The notes under the pieces: generated by a model
What the model was told of the DNA's origin: nothing
What the model saw: only the letters and a program-made list of their open reading frames with translations
Databases searched by the model: none
Translations under genes and position numbers: made by a program
NCBI GenBank assembly: GCA_051362555.1
Contig: CM120640.1
Coordinates: 14,446,001-14,510,000, forward strand
Reading direction: 5' to 3'
DNA from: Lingula anatina
Lineage: Eukaryota > Animalia > Brachiopoda
Length of the DNA: 64,000 nt
In this document: positions 37,239 to 48,900 of the stretch, piece by piece
Numbering within the stretch: position 1 is the stretch's first letter
Layout: every line of letters begins with the position of its first letter

Positions 37239-40200
37239 TCACGATTTGCCTTCTGCAATGTCATGGATGACTGTGGTGTGGAGCTCTGGCAGGGCACTGA
37301 TTTTCATGTACTTAGAGCTCTGGTACTTGGTTTTGATTGCCTTTACAGGGAAGAATAATACCAAATCAATATCACATTGCTGCACAACAAATGAACCGTG
37401 TTTAATAATCTGACAATTAAAGAAATTTCTCATTCACCATAGGCAAACTAAAACAAACAATGCAGATTATGTTTAACGGCAAAGGTACACTTCAAGTACC
37501 CTTTACCAGGGCCACAGATCGACTTCACAGAATATTTACAGATGTGTCTTTAGATAACTAGACTGTCACTTTACTATCTCTTTTTCCAATTTATTTCCCT
37601 ATATAATCTGCCACCCTAGTAGAGGGTACACTTATCTACCAAGAAGAGGTATATGTAGTAGATTAATAATTCTGGTATTGTCTCTTAAACATTGGAAGGG
37701 GGGGGGGGTTATTGAGCATTACCTGTAGTTTTGATTTTCCAGAGTTAGCTTTTACCACTAGTGCAGCCATCTTCTGCATGACTGGTTTGTTTTGTTCATC
37801 TGTATATCCACTGTAGTGTGTTAATGTGTCCGTCTGAATGTAAAAAAAAGAATCTTATTTAAGTCCAAAAGTAAAATAAATATAAATGAGCTTCACTACA
37901 AGTTAGACCATAACCAAGTAACCATTTGTACTATGCTGTGAAGATTTGTTTACAATTTACTTGGATTTCAATATCAAACAATGACCAAAGACAACTCGAT
38001 GAAACAAAATTAACAGCTAATACAGAAGGTAAATTCACTTTACCCAGTCAGACTCATCTAGGACCTTGACAGCCAGACACAGGGCAGCTGCTGCCACCTG
38101 GGAGGGAGTGTATTGCACCATGTCATACTCTACTATTGTTAGCTCCATCAGGTATTTGGCTAGTGTATGTACTGTAGCATCAACCTGAAAATGATTAAAA
38201 TAATAAGAAATAAACTAACTGGCACATCTACGGGCACTGCACACCTAAATTTGATAGTACTTGGGTAACTATCTGAAATATAGGCCACTGTACCAAGTGC
38301 TCTATAAACCAGAATTTTAGTTTGTAAGAAAGCAGAAGGAAGTAATGGCTTGGTGGCCCTATGAATGGGCAGGTTTGGGGGCTCCATAAGGCATAAACCA
38401 CCAAGAGAAGATAGGACTTCGTCTTTATATTGCAAATGAATTGTGTGTGATAAACAATCTTCACCTGACCAGCCTTGGAGTTTCTACGCAGAAAATGTAG
38501 AGGCAAGGGTCTCCCCAAGTTGAACTCTAAACCCTTAAGGATTAAGATCTCCATTTTCCTGATCTCTGACTTTGTGTATGCATTGTCTGTGATGTAGACA
38601 AAGTCTGCCACTTCAGGGGCATACATCTCTTCGTATTTGGAAGCTACCAACATGGCTGTCACACCAAGGAGCTGAAGCTTACTACGAGACACCGCTTGAA
38701 CCTAATAATAATAAAAATAATAATAAATAAAATAACTACTTTTTAAAGCTATTCAGTTTGCCTGTAGTTTGAGGATCTTGTGTAATAACTGAAAAAAATA
38801 TTTTATTCTTACTCTAGAATCCAGTTAAATTTGAATAAGCGATAGACAATCTTGTAAAATATATAGAACTTCAATTTCAACCATTTTTTTTTCTATTTGA
38901 CACATTTCTTGTGTCATTAAAAATTTAGACATTCATTCAGCTCATATAACACCATCTTGATCTGTATATAACTAGATGCATCCAGTTACCTGAAGGAACC
39001 TGTCAATAATGGCCACTGTTAGGTAGAGAGTCTCCTGCAGGAGATGGAACCTGGAGTGTACCTGTACCAACCAGTCTACCAAGATGGCGCGCATACGCCC
39101 TGTCACCTCCTGACCTTCTAAGTAATTCTCACGCACACCCTGTTCAACCTTAGGAGGAAAAAAGAGTAACATGTGTTCACTTCAGGCCAAGGTTAATTGA
39201 ATACGTTTTTCTTGAATATAAATGAAATAAAACTAAAATAGCTCTAACATCATAGTCCTTCAGCCTTGGGTAGCTCATTTCAATTAATTAATGGGCTGCT
39301 ACCAAATCTAAACCCACTAGTATTTACCTCCAGATTTCTCATATATTGGTAGATCTCATTGACGTATTCACTGACAAGCTGCGGGTTTTCTTTGTCCTGA
39401 GCATCAATGTCTTCCACATTCATCAGTCTTCTGGAGTAGGACTCTGGCTGGCTCACTTCCATGGGGGAAGGAGCTTTTGTCTTGGGCTAGATAAGTGACA
39501 TTTCAGTGTTAACATGGAATTGGTAAGTTTGGAAATTAATGGAACCATTAAAATAAACTGCTGTAATGGCTATGAAATGGGTTCGAGCTATCAATATGAT
39601 AAAAGAAAATGAGATTAACAATTGTTAATATGTAATGACTGACACAAACTAATTACCTTTGCATTTTCTTTGACTGTCTGCAATGAAGAAGTGCCTTTGC
39701 TCTTCACAAGACCCTTTTCTTTGACTGTATCCTTTTTAAGCCCCTGGAAAATGAAATTTCTTCGTAGGTTAAATATATATTTATAAAAACACGCACAAAC
39801 TATAACCCTTTGGATACATAATAAAAAAATTAACTGTTTAATACAATTCTTTTCAAACTCAAAGTAGCACTTTCTATTAAAACAATTTTAGGAGACCAAT
39901 TCTTGCAGGATTAATGGAACAACTCAATTCAAGTTTTGGCAATATTAATAATTGTAAATGTACAGTAGTCACCTACATTTTTGGCATTCTGTGTAGCAAA
40001 GTTGGACACTTTGTTCTTAATATCACCAAGGGCAGCTCTCTGTGTAACTCTGACTGGGCCCGCTTTGGAGGCCAATACATTTTCAACATTTTCTCTGTCC
40101 TGGACATAGCGCCCTCCGCCAAGCAGCGAGTTCTACACAAAAACAAAGGTTTCATGAATCAAACATGCAGGTTTTAGAATGCGATTGACTATAAAGAATC

Positions 40201-40442
40201 ACATTCAAAGTACTGATCGAGTTTCCGTAAATTACATTAAAACATGAAAGAAAGAGCAGTCTTTAAAGAAGTCATTTGACTGCAACTGTCCAAATGAAGC
40301 CACGTTTCGTACCTAAACGTGACTGCATCAGACAACAGCCATCCTTTTATTTTACAAAGTGCTCTGATTAAAATAATCAAATCTGCCTTAAAATACTTCT
40401 ATCAAATTTTATACTTACTGCACTGACTCTTGATAAAGCCAT
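37239..40442 (-). CDS. CCNB: G2/mitotic-specific cyclin B, 391 aa, 9 exons
   Basis: Exons 40442-40419, 40132-39977, 39743-39657, 39486-39328, 39148-38990, 38701-38465, 38184-38044, 37833-37723 and 37340-37239 sum to 1176 nt. D-box [13 protein letters not shown], cyclin box [23 protein letters not shown] and B-type FLRRNSK. Confidence 0.98.
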
Positions 40443-40558
40443 CTGAGAAATAAAAACTGACTAAAATCTACAAATAAAGGGCAAAGTAAAATCCAGTATT
40501 AGGTAGTTCAACTTGCAAGTTCGTAATCAACAATGAAATGTGTAGTCCCTTTAATTCT

Positions 40559-40621
40559 TTCAAACACCAGCGGGGTGCACTCTTATTGGTCAATTCAGTT
40601 GACTGACTTGATTTTGATTGG
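40559..40621 (-). promoter_or_regulatory. cyclin B promoter: two CCAAT boxes 32 bp apart plus CHR (TTTGAA)
   Basis: ATTGG at 40585-40589 and 40617-40621; TTCAAA at 40559-40564, preceded on the minus strand by a GC-rich CDE-like CCCCGCTGG. Confidence 0.75.
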
Positions 40622-41017
40622 ATAGTCAGAAATGCTGTAGCCGTGGATTCCAACATTACAAATTTTAACATGTTGGAATGCAAAAATTGCTTGCAAAACT
40701 AAATATAAAGTTATTTTACAGATTTCAAATGATAATTATTTTCTATACTTTCCTATGAAAATATTTCAGCCTGGGGTTGTAACAATCCCATCATGCATTT
40801 GTGGTATGGCGGCGCCCATGAAAAGGTGGGAGTATTTATCAACAGCGTGTGTTCAACCAATAAAAAGTGATTTGTTAACAACTATATTCATTTCACGACC
40901 CCCAGATAACAATCATAAGTGTTCTAGACTATGCATTGCGATAAAACCCCCTTCGGTCCCCAGGAGAGCATTTTGTTTTCAGTTTATAGCCAAGCTTCTA
41001 CTGTACTACTAGCACAA

Positions 41018-41978
41018 CACCCAAACCCAATATAGACGGGTGCAATATTGATGTGACAAGCATGTTATTAAAAATATTTACTGCACAGATTGCTAACTGT
41101 GTTTGATTATTTTAGGGTACCACATGAAGAAGCTTGTATAAAAGTTTCACTCTCCTGGAACCATGAATAATTAAAAATAATTCATCGTTTAACCCCAAAA
41201 AGGAACATACGTTACTGTCACAAATACAAAACGTCCAACTGTGAAACGTTCTACTCACTTTGAAAATTCAGTCATCACTGGTTTTGTTCATTGATTTATC
41301 TCTTACAAGTATAACGTTGCTAAAAATGATAATAATCTTCTGTATAGACCAGTTAATTGTTTTTTAGCGACTTAAGTTTGCTTGTCACAGAATATTAAAA
41401 AATGGGGAAAATACACCCTACCGACAGTAAAATAAGCATTAAATAAACATGTTTCCCTTCATGATCCAAAGATTATATCAGAAATGTCAAACTATCATGG
41501 AACCACAATATATTGTTCAGTCAGCAAAAGAAAACATTGTATCTCTTGTACACAAGTACTTGAACAAAATGAAACATTTTGACAATTTTTCTAGGGAACA
41601 TACATTACCTAGTATAAGCCATGACGCAAAGCCCCTTGAGATACAGTTTAAATATTTATAAAAACGTCCTTACGTCATGTCTAATTTACCATGACTGAAC
41701 CACTAAAAACATAGCAGAACGCGGCATAAAAATGAAAATTAAATGGCAAGAACATACGTTACCGTACGTTTTTTGGAACATACGTTACCATATAGGGCTC
41801 TTTGCGTAATGTTAAAGATATGGTAAAAATTAAAAATTGAATTTCAGTTGAGACAGTAGTGAATTTTTGTTCTATACACATATATGTTTTGAAATATCGA
41901 ATACAATTTTGAATTCATTCATTTTTATTTTTTTGACACTTCAGCATGTGAAATGGACCTCTATATTGGGTTTGGGTG
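41018..41978. mobile_element. non-autonomous Chapaev-like (CMC) DNA transposon, 961 bp
   Basis: Perfect 18-bp TIR CACCCAAACCCAATATAG (41018-41035 / 41961-41978), 4-bp TSD ACAA on both sides, internal GAACATACGTTAC repeats (~41203, 41749, 41776). Confidence 0.85.
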
Positions 41979-42186
41979 ACAAGCGTATTGTAGTACTGGG
42001 CCCGGGGTAATTAAATGACCTTGGAAGTTTGGTCAGTTCCTCTACTAGTAGGCTTTTTGATAATGCTAGGGCCTAAAACCCCGGTGGACACATATTCACT
42101 TTGGCAAAAAGTTTTATGCGTTAGCTTTCCTACTTACATTTTCTGGTATGTGCTAACGCATGACAATCGACTATAATATATATGCA

Positions 42187-42347
42187 CGGGGGGGCGTCTC
42201 GATAGTCCGAAGGTTCATTGGTCTGAAAAATGGTAACATTTTCATCAATTTTTTAATCAAGGGTTCATTGGTCCGAAGGTTCTATAGTGAATATTCGGAC
42301 CAATGAACCTTCGGACTATTGAACCTTTGGACTATTGCTACGGCCCC
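42187..42347. mobile_element. small foldback-type element made of inverted arrays of GGTTCATTGGTCCGAA units
   Basis: Left arm repeats ggttcattggtc(c/t)gaa; right arm repeats ttcggac(c/t)a(a/t)tgaacc; GGGG...CCCC ends. Confidence 0.7.
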
Positions 42348-42971
42348 TACACACGTACTCAACTGTAAACTTACAATGTATAGCGGCTTAATATCTTAGT
42401 AAAAACTTTGCCAGATGTGTGTCAGATGTAAATACCTTTTTAGCACATTTTTTAGCCAGACTGATTAAGCATGATCTTTTTTCTTTTTACTGGAAATTCC
42501 GTTTCAGTACTGTAATACCATGGCTCGACTCGCTGCGTTAATTTGGCCCTGCTCCAGACATAATTGATTACTGAAAAAAATAAGAATAGATGCATGGCAT
42601 CACCCTTTAGAAATCAGGTAACAATGGTTTAATTTCCATCCAGTTATGGTTGATGGTCCTTATGATAATAAACACTTTGTGGCCAGCCTGCTATGTTTTT
42701 AGTTCACCAGCATAATTTAGCTTTTTGAAAGACATGGTTAGCAATCTAATTGTTTATGACCCTATTCCAATATTTTACAAGCCAGTCACCATCCATTTTT
42801 TTTGCACTCTAAACTTAACCCCAAAATTTAAGACATTTTTTTGTAAAATGGGGTCCTAAGAGCAAAATGGTCACGTGCCATTCATTCGTGTTACTAAGAG
42901 ATTTGTTGTTTATTTATTATTACTTAATCCTGAATTTATATTTCTCTTCAACTGTTGTAGGACAAAATTGT

Positions 42972-45900
42972 ATGATGGAAGACCTAAAGAAAAGATTGGA
43001 ATTTGAGAATATTACAGTGCAGCAGCAGGTGAGGGATGATATGTTGTAATGTGACTGATAATAATTTATGGTTCTTATTTGTAAACATATATGTTTGTAA
43101 ACTTTATGATTCTTCAGAAATGTAATCTTTCAAATATTCAGTTTAGATCACAGAAGTGAGATTTGATGTCACTTCAAGGCACATTTATAAGATATTGTGC
43201 AATGTTTGGGTGGTTTAATTAACAGTGACCGCAGCTGTCAACATGGTTTTCTGCTTCGTTTTTGGTGCAGTCTCTGAAGTAGCAAGGAAAAGTGTTCCTT
43301 TTTTGGCTCCCTGTGGATAAGCTAACACAGGGCAAATGGGAAAGTCTGTGTTGGTAGGTTTTGATTATCATAAGAAATAACTAAAGATGTGCAAAGCCAT
43401 GCTGTCTTTGGAAGTGGGTACATGGGGCCATAACATTGCAATGTTTGTGCACAGTATTATTGCACACATGCAAACTCAGCTTCTGTTCCCTATTGTCTTG
43501 TTACTGAGAATATGTGTTATCTTTTAATGACTATAGGGCTGGCATATTGAAGGTGAAAAAAGAGAAAATGAAAAATACAGATAACACAATCTGGTTGAGA
43601 ACCAGTAACAAGATTGCTTCTGCAAAGTCCCACTACAGCAATGTGACCAACTTTTCACTTGTGCTGTTAGTTTGGTTAAACCCACAAGAACCTGCATTTT
43701 TCATCTGGTGTTCTGTGAGACTTTTTTTTAAATTCTAATCAGTAGAATGACTGATGTACAGTATGGTACTTTTCCCTTAAATATGTTGCTTGACTGTATA
43801 TATATATTTATTCCTAGGTAGATAAATCAATGTTGATAAAAATTGTTTGCAAATTTAAAGGTGCATTAATATTTTAGAGTAATTTAATTTCTTATATCTT
43901 TTATCAACTATTTGCTGTGCCATTTAACACTGTAGCTGTATGGAATTACTGTTTTCCTTGTTTTGTTCTTGGTAACTTAAATTATTTAGAAGAAATGCTT
44001 AGCAAACATTTGAATCTGTATTCCTATTACTTGGATGTATGCCTAGAGCAGCCTAGTTTCTGTATGCGTTGCTTACAAAGCACATAGAATTTAAAGAAAA
44101 ATGGGACTTCAGATTTACTCTTTTTAATCCAACCTTTTTGACCCTTTTGAATGAATCTTTGCATTTTTTTTTTTTTTGCAAAAAGAAATTGGTCAACTTG
44201 GACATACAGCTGTCAACCTTTCTCTGCCCTCATCAAAATTATTGTATCTTTTATTAAGCTGATTTTGAAGTCAGTAACTACATCATATGCAGGCTGCATT
44301 GCAAAACAAAAATGATTGACCCGCAAGTAATGTCATAGATTAATGCACTCAAGATATAACTTCTAATTCTTAGAGCATAGATAGTGCTGATACAACTAGA
44401 GGAAAAATAAGATTAGGTATCCAGAATGAGATACTTAAAGACAGCATTCTGTTTTTGATGATCATTTTAATATGTTCGGAGACACAGTAGCTTTTTGAGA
44501 GCTCATAGAAAGTTTTTATTTTCCATTGAGTCACTTTGGTGCCATAATGCTGTCTAGGAGTTGATGTTTCTTCTTTAAAAATTTGTACTGCTGTATTTGT
44601 GGATTGAGTTTGAGAATTCAATAGCTTTTGTTTGTCAGATCAAACTTATGGTGGTTATTTATTTCTAAGTAATCTATTTTTAGTGTGTTTAAACATCATA
44701 TAAAGACAAAGATGAAATACTGTTAAATCCTTGACTTGATTCACACTTAGGACTTTTTTCTATCCAAAGGTTATATTATAGTGTATATACTATATTATGA
44801 TTGTTTCATTTATTATTTATGTTTAGTATATAAATCAAAGTCATATAGGTAAAAAAACTGCTGTTTATTAATATTTTTTATTGAACAACAAAGTTACAAA
44901 AATTTTACACACTTTCTGAAATGCTAGCAACATTTCATTCAATTTGATTAATTTTGTATGACAACAACTCATGCAGCACACAAGTCTGGTAATTATATAT
45001 TATATTATATTAATCTTAAAGAATAATTTATATCTATTTTGTAAATATAAAAAAATGTGCTGTAAGATAGCATTTACATAATATATCTTTTCTGTCTTGA
45101 TCATCAAGGCATTCAGGTGGACATTAGCATAGAGTACTTGACATGCCATGAATTTCCTCAGCTATATCTTACAAAAAATTCTCATCAAATTTGATCAAAG
45201 TGACTAAATGTCAACTAAAACATTATTTTATTTTATTTTAGTAATACATTATTATGTTGGTTCAAAAGCTTTAAAAAGTCGGAGTGGCTTTGTGACAAAA
45301 AGTACACATTTTTTTCTTCTGTACCTAAAAAATGATAAATCTTGTAGAAGAGTTATTGAGGTGTTTGCAATTTTTTTAGTTATTACTGTACTGATGAGTC
45401 TGGCCTTTGGGAGAGGTCTGGGTCTCCTAAGAGAGCCCTGTTTCACAATGTCTTAAGTCTGTTTTGGGTCTAAAAGATCTGGATCGACCTAATTCCCTGG
45501 GGGTTCACGCTAAATTGCTATTAGCTCAAGAGGCTTAAATGTCTGTCACGCCTACCGAATCAGCTAGGGTAAAGATACCCCCTAACAGCTTTACTAGGCG
45601 TGACAGACATTTAAGCTAGCCAAGTTGACAACAATTTAGTGAGACTCCCCAAGGAGATAGATCACAGGGCTTGACACTTAGGGTGTATTCCCAGAGATTT
45701 AGATCGATCCAGGGATTAAGATTTAGATCGACCTAACTCCCTGGGGGTTCACGCTAAATTGCAGTCAGCCGAGTGCGCACCATAGTTAATTACCCCCTTA
45801 CAGCTTTCAGTAGGCGGGACAGACACTTAAGCCGGCTAAGCTGACAGTAATCTAGTGAGACTCCCCACAGGGATAGATTGATCTAAAATCTATGGAAATG

Positions 45901-48900
45901 GGGTCTAACTTTTTTCGATACTGGCCTGAGATATTGGTATACGTTGCAAGGATGATTTGACACGACACTTTACTTGCTCTTTGGGCCAGTGACCCCAGTG
46001 ATTCAATGGCCCTAGGTTGGTTTTCAGTGGCCCAGGGCCAGTGGGCCACCCTTAATGTCAAGCCCTGGATCAATCTAAATATCTGTGGGAGTGGTCTCTA
46101 AGACCTGTCTGACCAAGTTGCATTTCACAAAAAATCTTTAATGCTGTTAGCCATGGCTTTTGGGTTCTTTAACTGAGCCCTTGAGCGATGTGACTGTCTA
46201 TCACATTGGTGATAGTAACCCGCTTTGATATGTCAAACACCTCTAAAATAGGTCAGTCTTTCCTAAAAGTTCTTACTGCTAGACCAAAATTGCAAAGTAC
46301 TAAGGCCTGGCATAGTCAGCAAGGGTTAGCAGTTTAACGCATTAACTTCAACTTCGGACATCTTCAGAAACAGGGTCCATGGGGTGGTTTCCTGCATCAC
46401 TTTCCAGTCTCCATGGATCTGAAACCACTGACAATATCTTGAAAATCAGGCCTGGTGTCTGTTAATGAAAAAATCTTGGATTGTCTGGATATTTTTTGAT
46501 ATGATAATGAAGGTGAAAGTTTTAAAGGTTTGTTTAGTGTTTAAATTATGGCTCATTGATAGGCCATTAATGAAGTGGTAAACATAAAACCTATCCAACT
46601 CTGACGTAATTTTTTCTCTGAACCTGTCCAATTCTGACCATAATTCAGGATTATTGTTAAAAGAAAGAAGACTTTTTGGATATATTTTCTGTATTTTCAC
46701 CATTGGCAAAAAAGTAACTTTTTAATAGGGGTTTGGGTATAACACTGAGAACTGCAGCTAGGTAATAAGTTTTGAACACGTTGTATTCTAGATGGACCAT
46801 CTTTTGGAAGAAGTCATATGATCGATTCAGGTTGCAACTGCTGCAAGTCAATTCTGTACAGGTAAAATTCAGGTTCTTCGTCTTCAGCAAATTCATGCTT
46901 CAGAGTTAGTTCAGACCCAGAGAAACTCGTATTGTCTTCAGCACCAGGGTTTTGAATAACATTATTTTCTTCCTGCTGCATGGTGAGTCTCTCCATTTCT
47001 GGGACTCCTCGCCAGTTAGTGGTATAAAGTTTCCCATTGGTATGGGGCTGATTCAGGAGGGTCGAATTTGCTGTTGAGTTTGAATTATTATTGGAGCGTA
47101 GAGAATTCATGCTTTCGTCGGAAGTATTTTTATGTTTTGTGGCTGCCACTTTGGCGAACTTCTTTGCATTCGACACGGCAGTCATGTTGACTGTTGGGGC
47201 GTAGACATTAGTTCTCTCCATGCTCAGTAACTGTTCAGGATTTAGAATGCACCTACAGAATGTCAACATGAAGACAGTCCGGAATTTCTGACCTATGGCA
47301 CAGTAGAGGATGAAGTTGATAGCACTGTTAAGTGTCACCAAGAAGTTCCTAAACGATGAGAGGATCCTGTAGCTGAAATCTGTCGCAACATATTTTGTGT
47401 CGATGCTGAAGGCGAGGTTATATACCAAGGCAGGGGTCTGGCAGACCAAAAACACCATCACAATGCTAGCTAGCATAATTGTCACATTATTTTCCTTTGA
47501 TTTCCGCACATTCATAGTTTTTTGTTCCTTCCGTGAGCGATGAACTGCACGTATGAGGAAAGTGTTTAGCACTGCCAAGGTACTGACAGGTATAACAAAC
47601 ATTATTATAACATAAAACGTGGAGTAGACATTCATGTATGTTTCATTAAGTCCCAAGTCTGTGGGCTTCAAGATATATATTGTTCTGTTGTCATCCACAA
47701 GGGGGAAAGGCACATGTTCAAAATGCCGAACTAAGTTGTAGAAGAACGAAACCACGGATACTATGGCAATCACAATACGAGCTCTTTTGATTGTACAAAA
47801 TTCATGTGCTCGCAAGGGATGACACACAGCTATGTAACGTTCCACAGTAAATGATACAGTCAACCATATTGTAGCTGTCTGTGCACATGTGGCCAGTGGA
47901 TAGACATACGGTACTAAAAAAGCAAATGTATAATCTTCGTAGTAATTGTCATGCTTTGGGATGTGTCGCAGTGGTTCAAGAAAAGTCGTACAAAGTAAAA
48001 GAGTGCTGTCCCAGATTGCTAATGCTGTGAGATAGCTGTTGGTAGAAGAGTGCATCCTTGGACGCGTGAGCACGATTATAACCAGGATATTACACACTAT
48101 GCCAAGTAAAGCCACAATGAGAGTTGCGACCCCATCCAAGCCAAATGTGAACTCTTGAAAGAACAGTTCATCCTGAGAATCTGTATCACTTTGATTCTTG
48201 GTTGTTTGATTCATGTGAGAGTTTTCCTTAATTTCAACAACGTTAAGTTGTTCATCCTCCCGTGTCCCATTTAAAGCTGCACAACCATGTAGCAGAAGAG
48301 CAAGAGCAAAACATAGTGCTCCTGAGGTAGATGCCATTGTCTGCATCATTTGGCCCTTCATGCTTGCTCAATGGTGGGATAGTTGAGATAATGAGGACTG
48401 TTTGCTGGACCTCAGCAGAGTTTCCTTTTCAGTTCTCTACCATGAAACTCTGTTTGAGGTTTTGCCCTAAAACTTGAATTGCAGTTTTTGTCGTCAGTTT
48501 TTTGTCCTTTTAATTCGTATCAGATTTCATCAGGAGAATTACTTCCATCTACTGTTTCTCTGAGACTTTGGCCATGTTAGAAACACAGATTACCACATGA
48601 AGAGTTGCTTCATTATCCATTTTATCCTAATGCAGTCGGCCCTTTTGCCAAGTGATTACCATATGCAATTTATTCCTTTCCTGATCTGGAAAAAAGCAGA
48701 AAGAATAGATTTATGTTATGTAGATGAAAAAATTTATTGTTCATTAATTCCTGTCTTTTTATGATTATGGAGTTTTATGGCTTTGGCAACAGGAAAAATA
48801 CATAATTAATTGTGAATGATCAAGAAGATTGGTCTAAGATGGCCATTAGCTGAGTAGGTTGTCAAGAAGAATAATCGTTTTCTAAAACATGGAGAAAAAC

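Larger units (their letters stand above)
45456..46098. mobile_element. Tourist-like MITE (outer element), interrupted near its right end
   Basis: 45456-45664 resembles the 36180 and 45681 copies; its terminal gatcaatctaaatatctgtgggagtggtctc|TAA resumes at 46068-46098. Confidence 0.7.
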
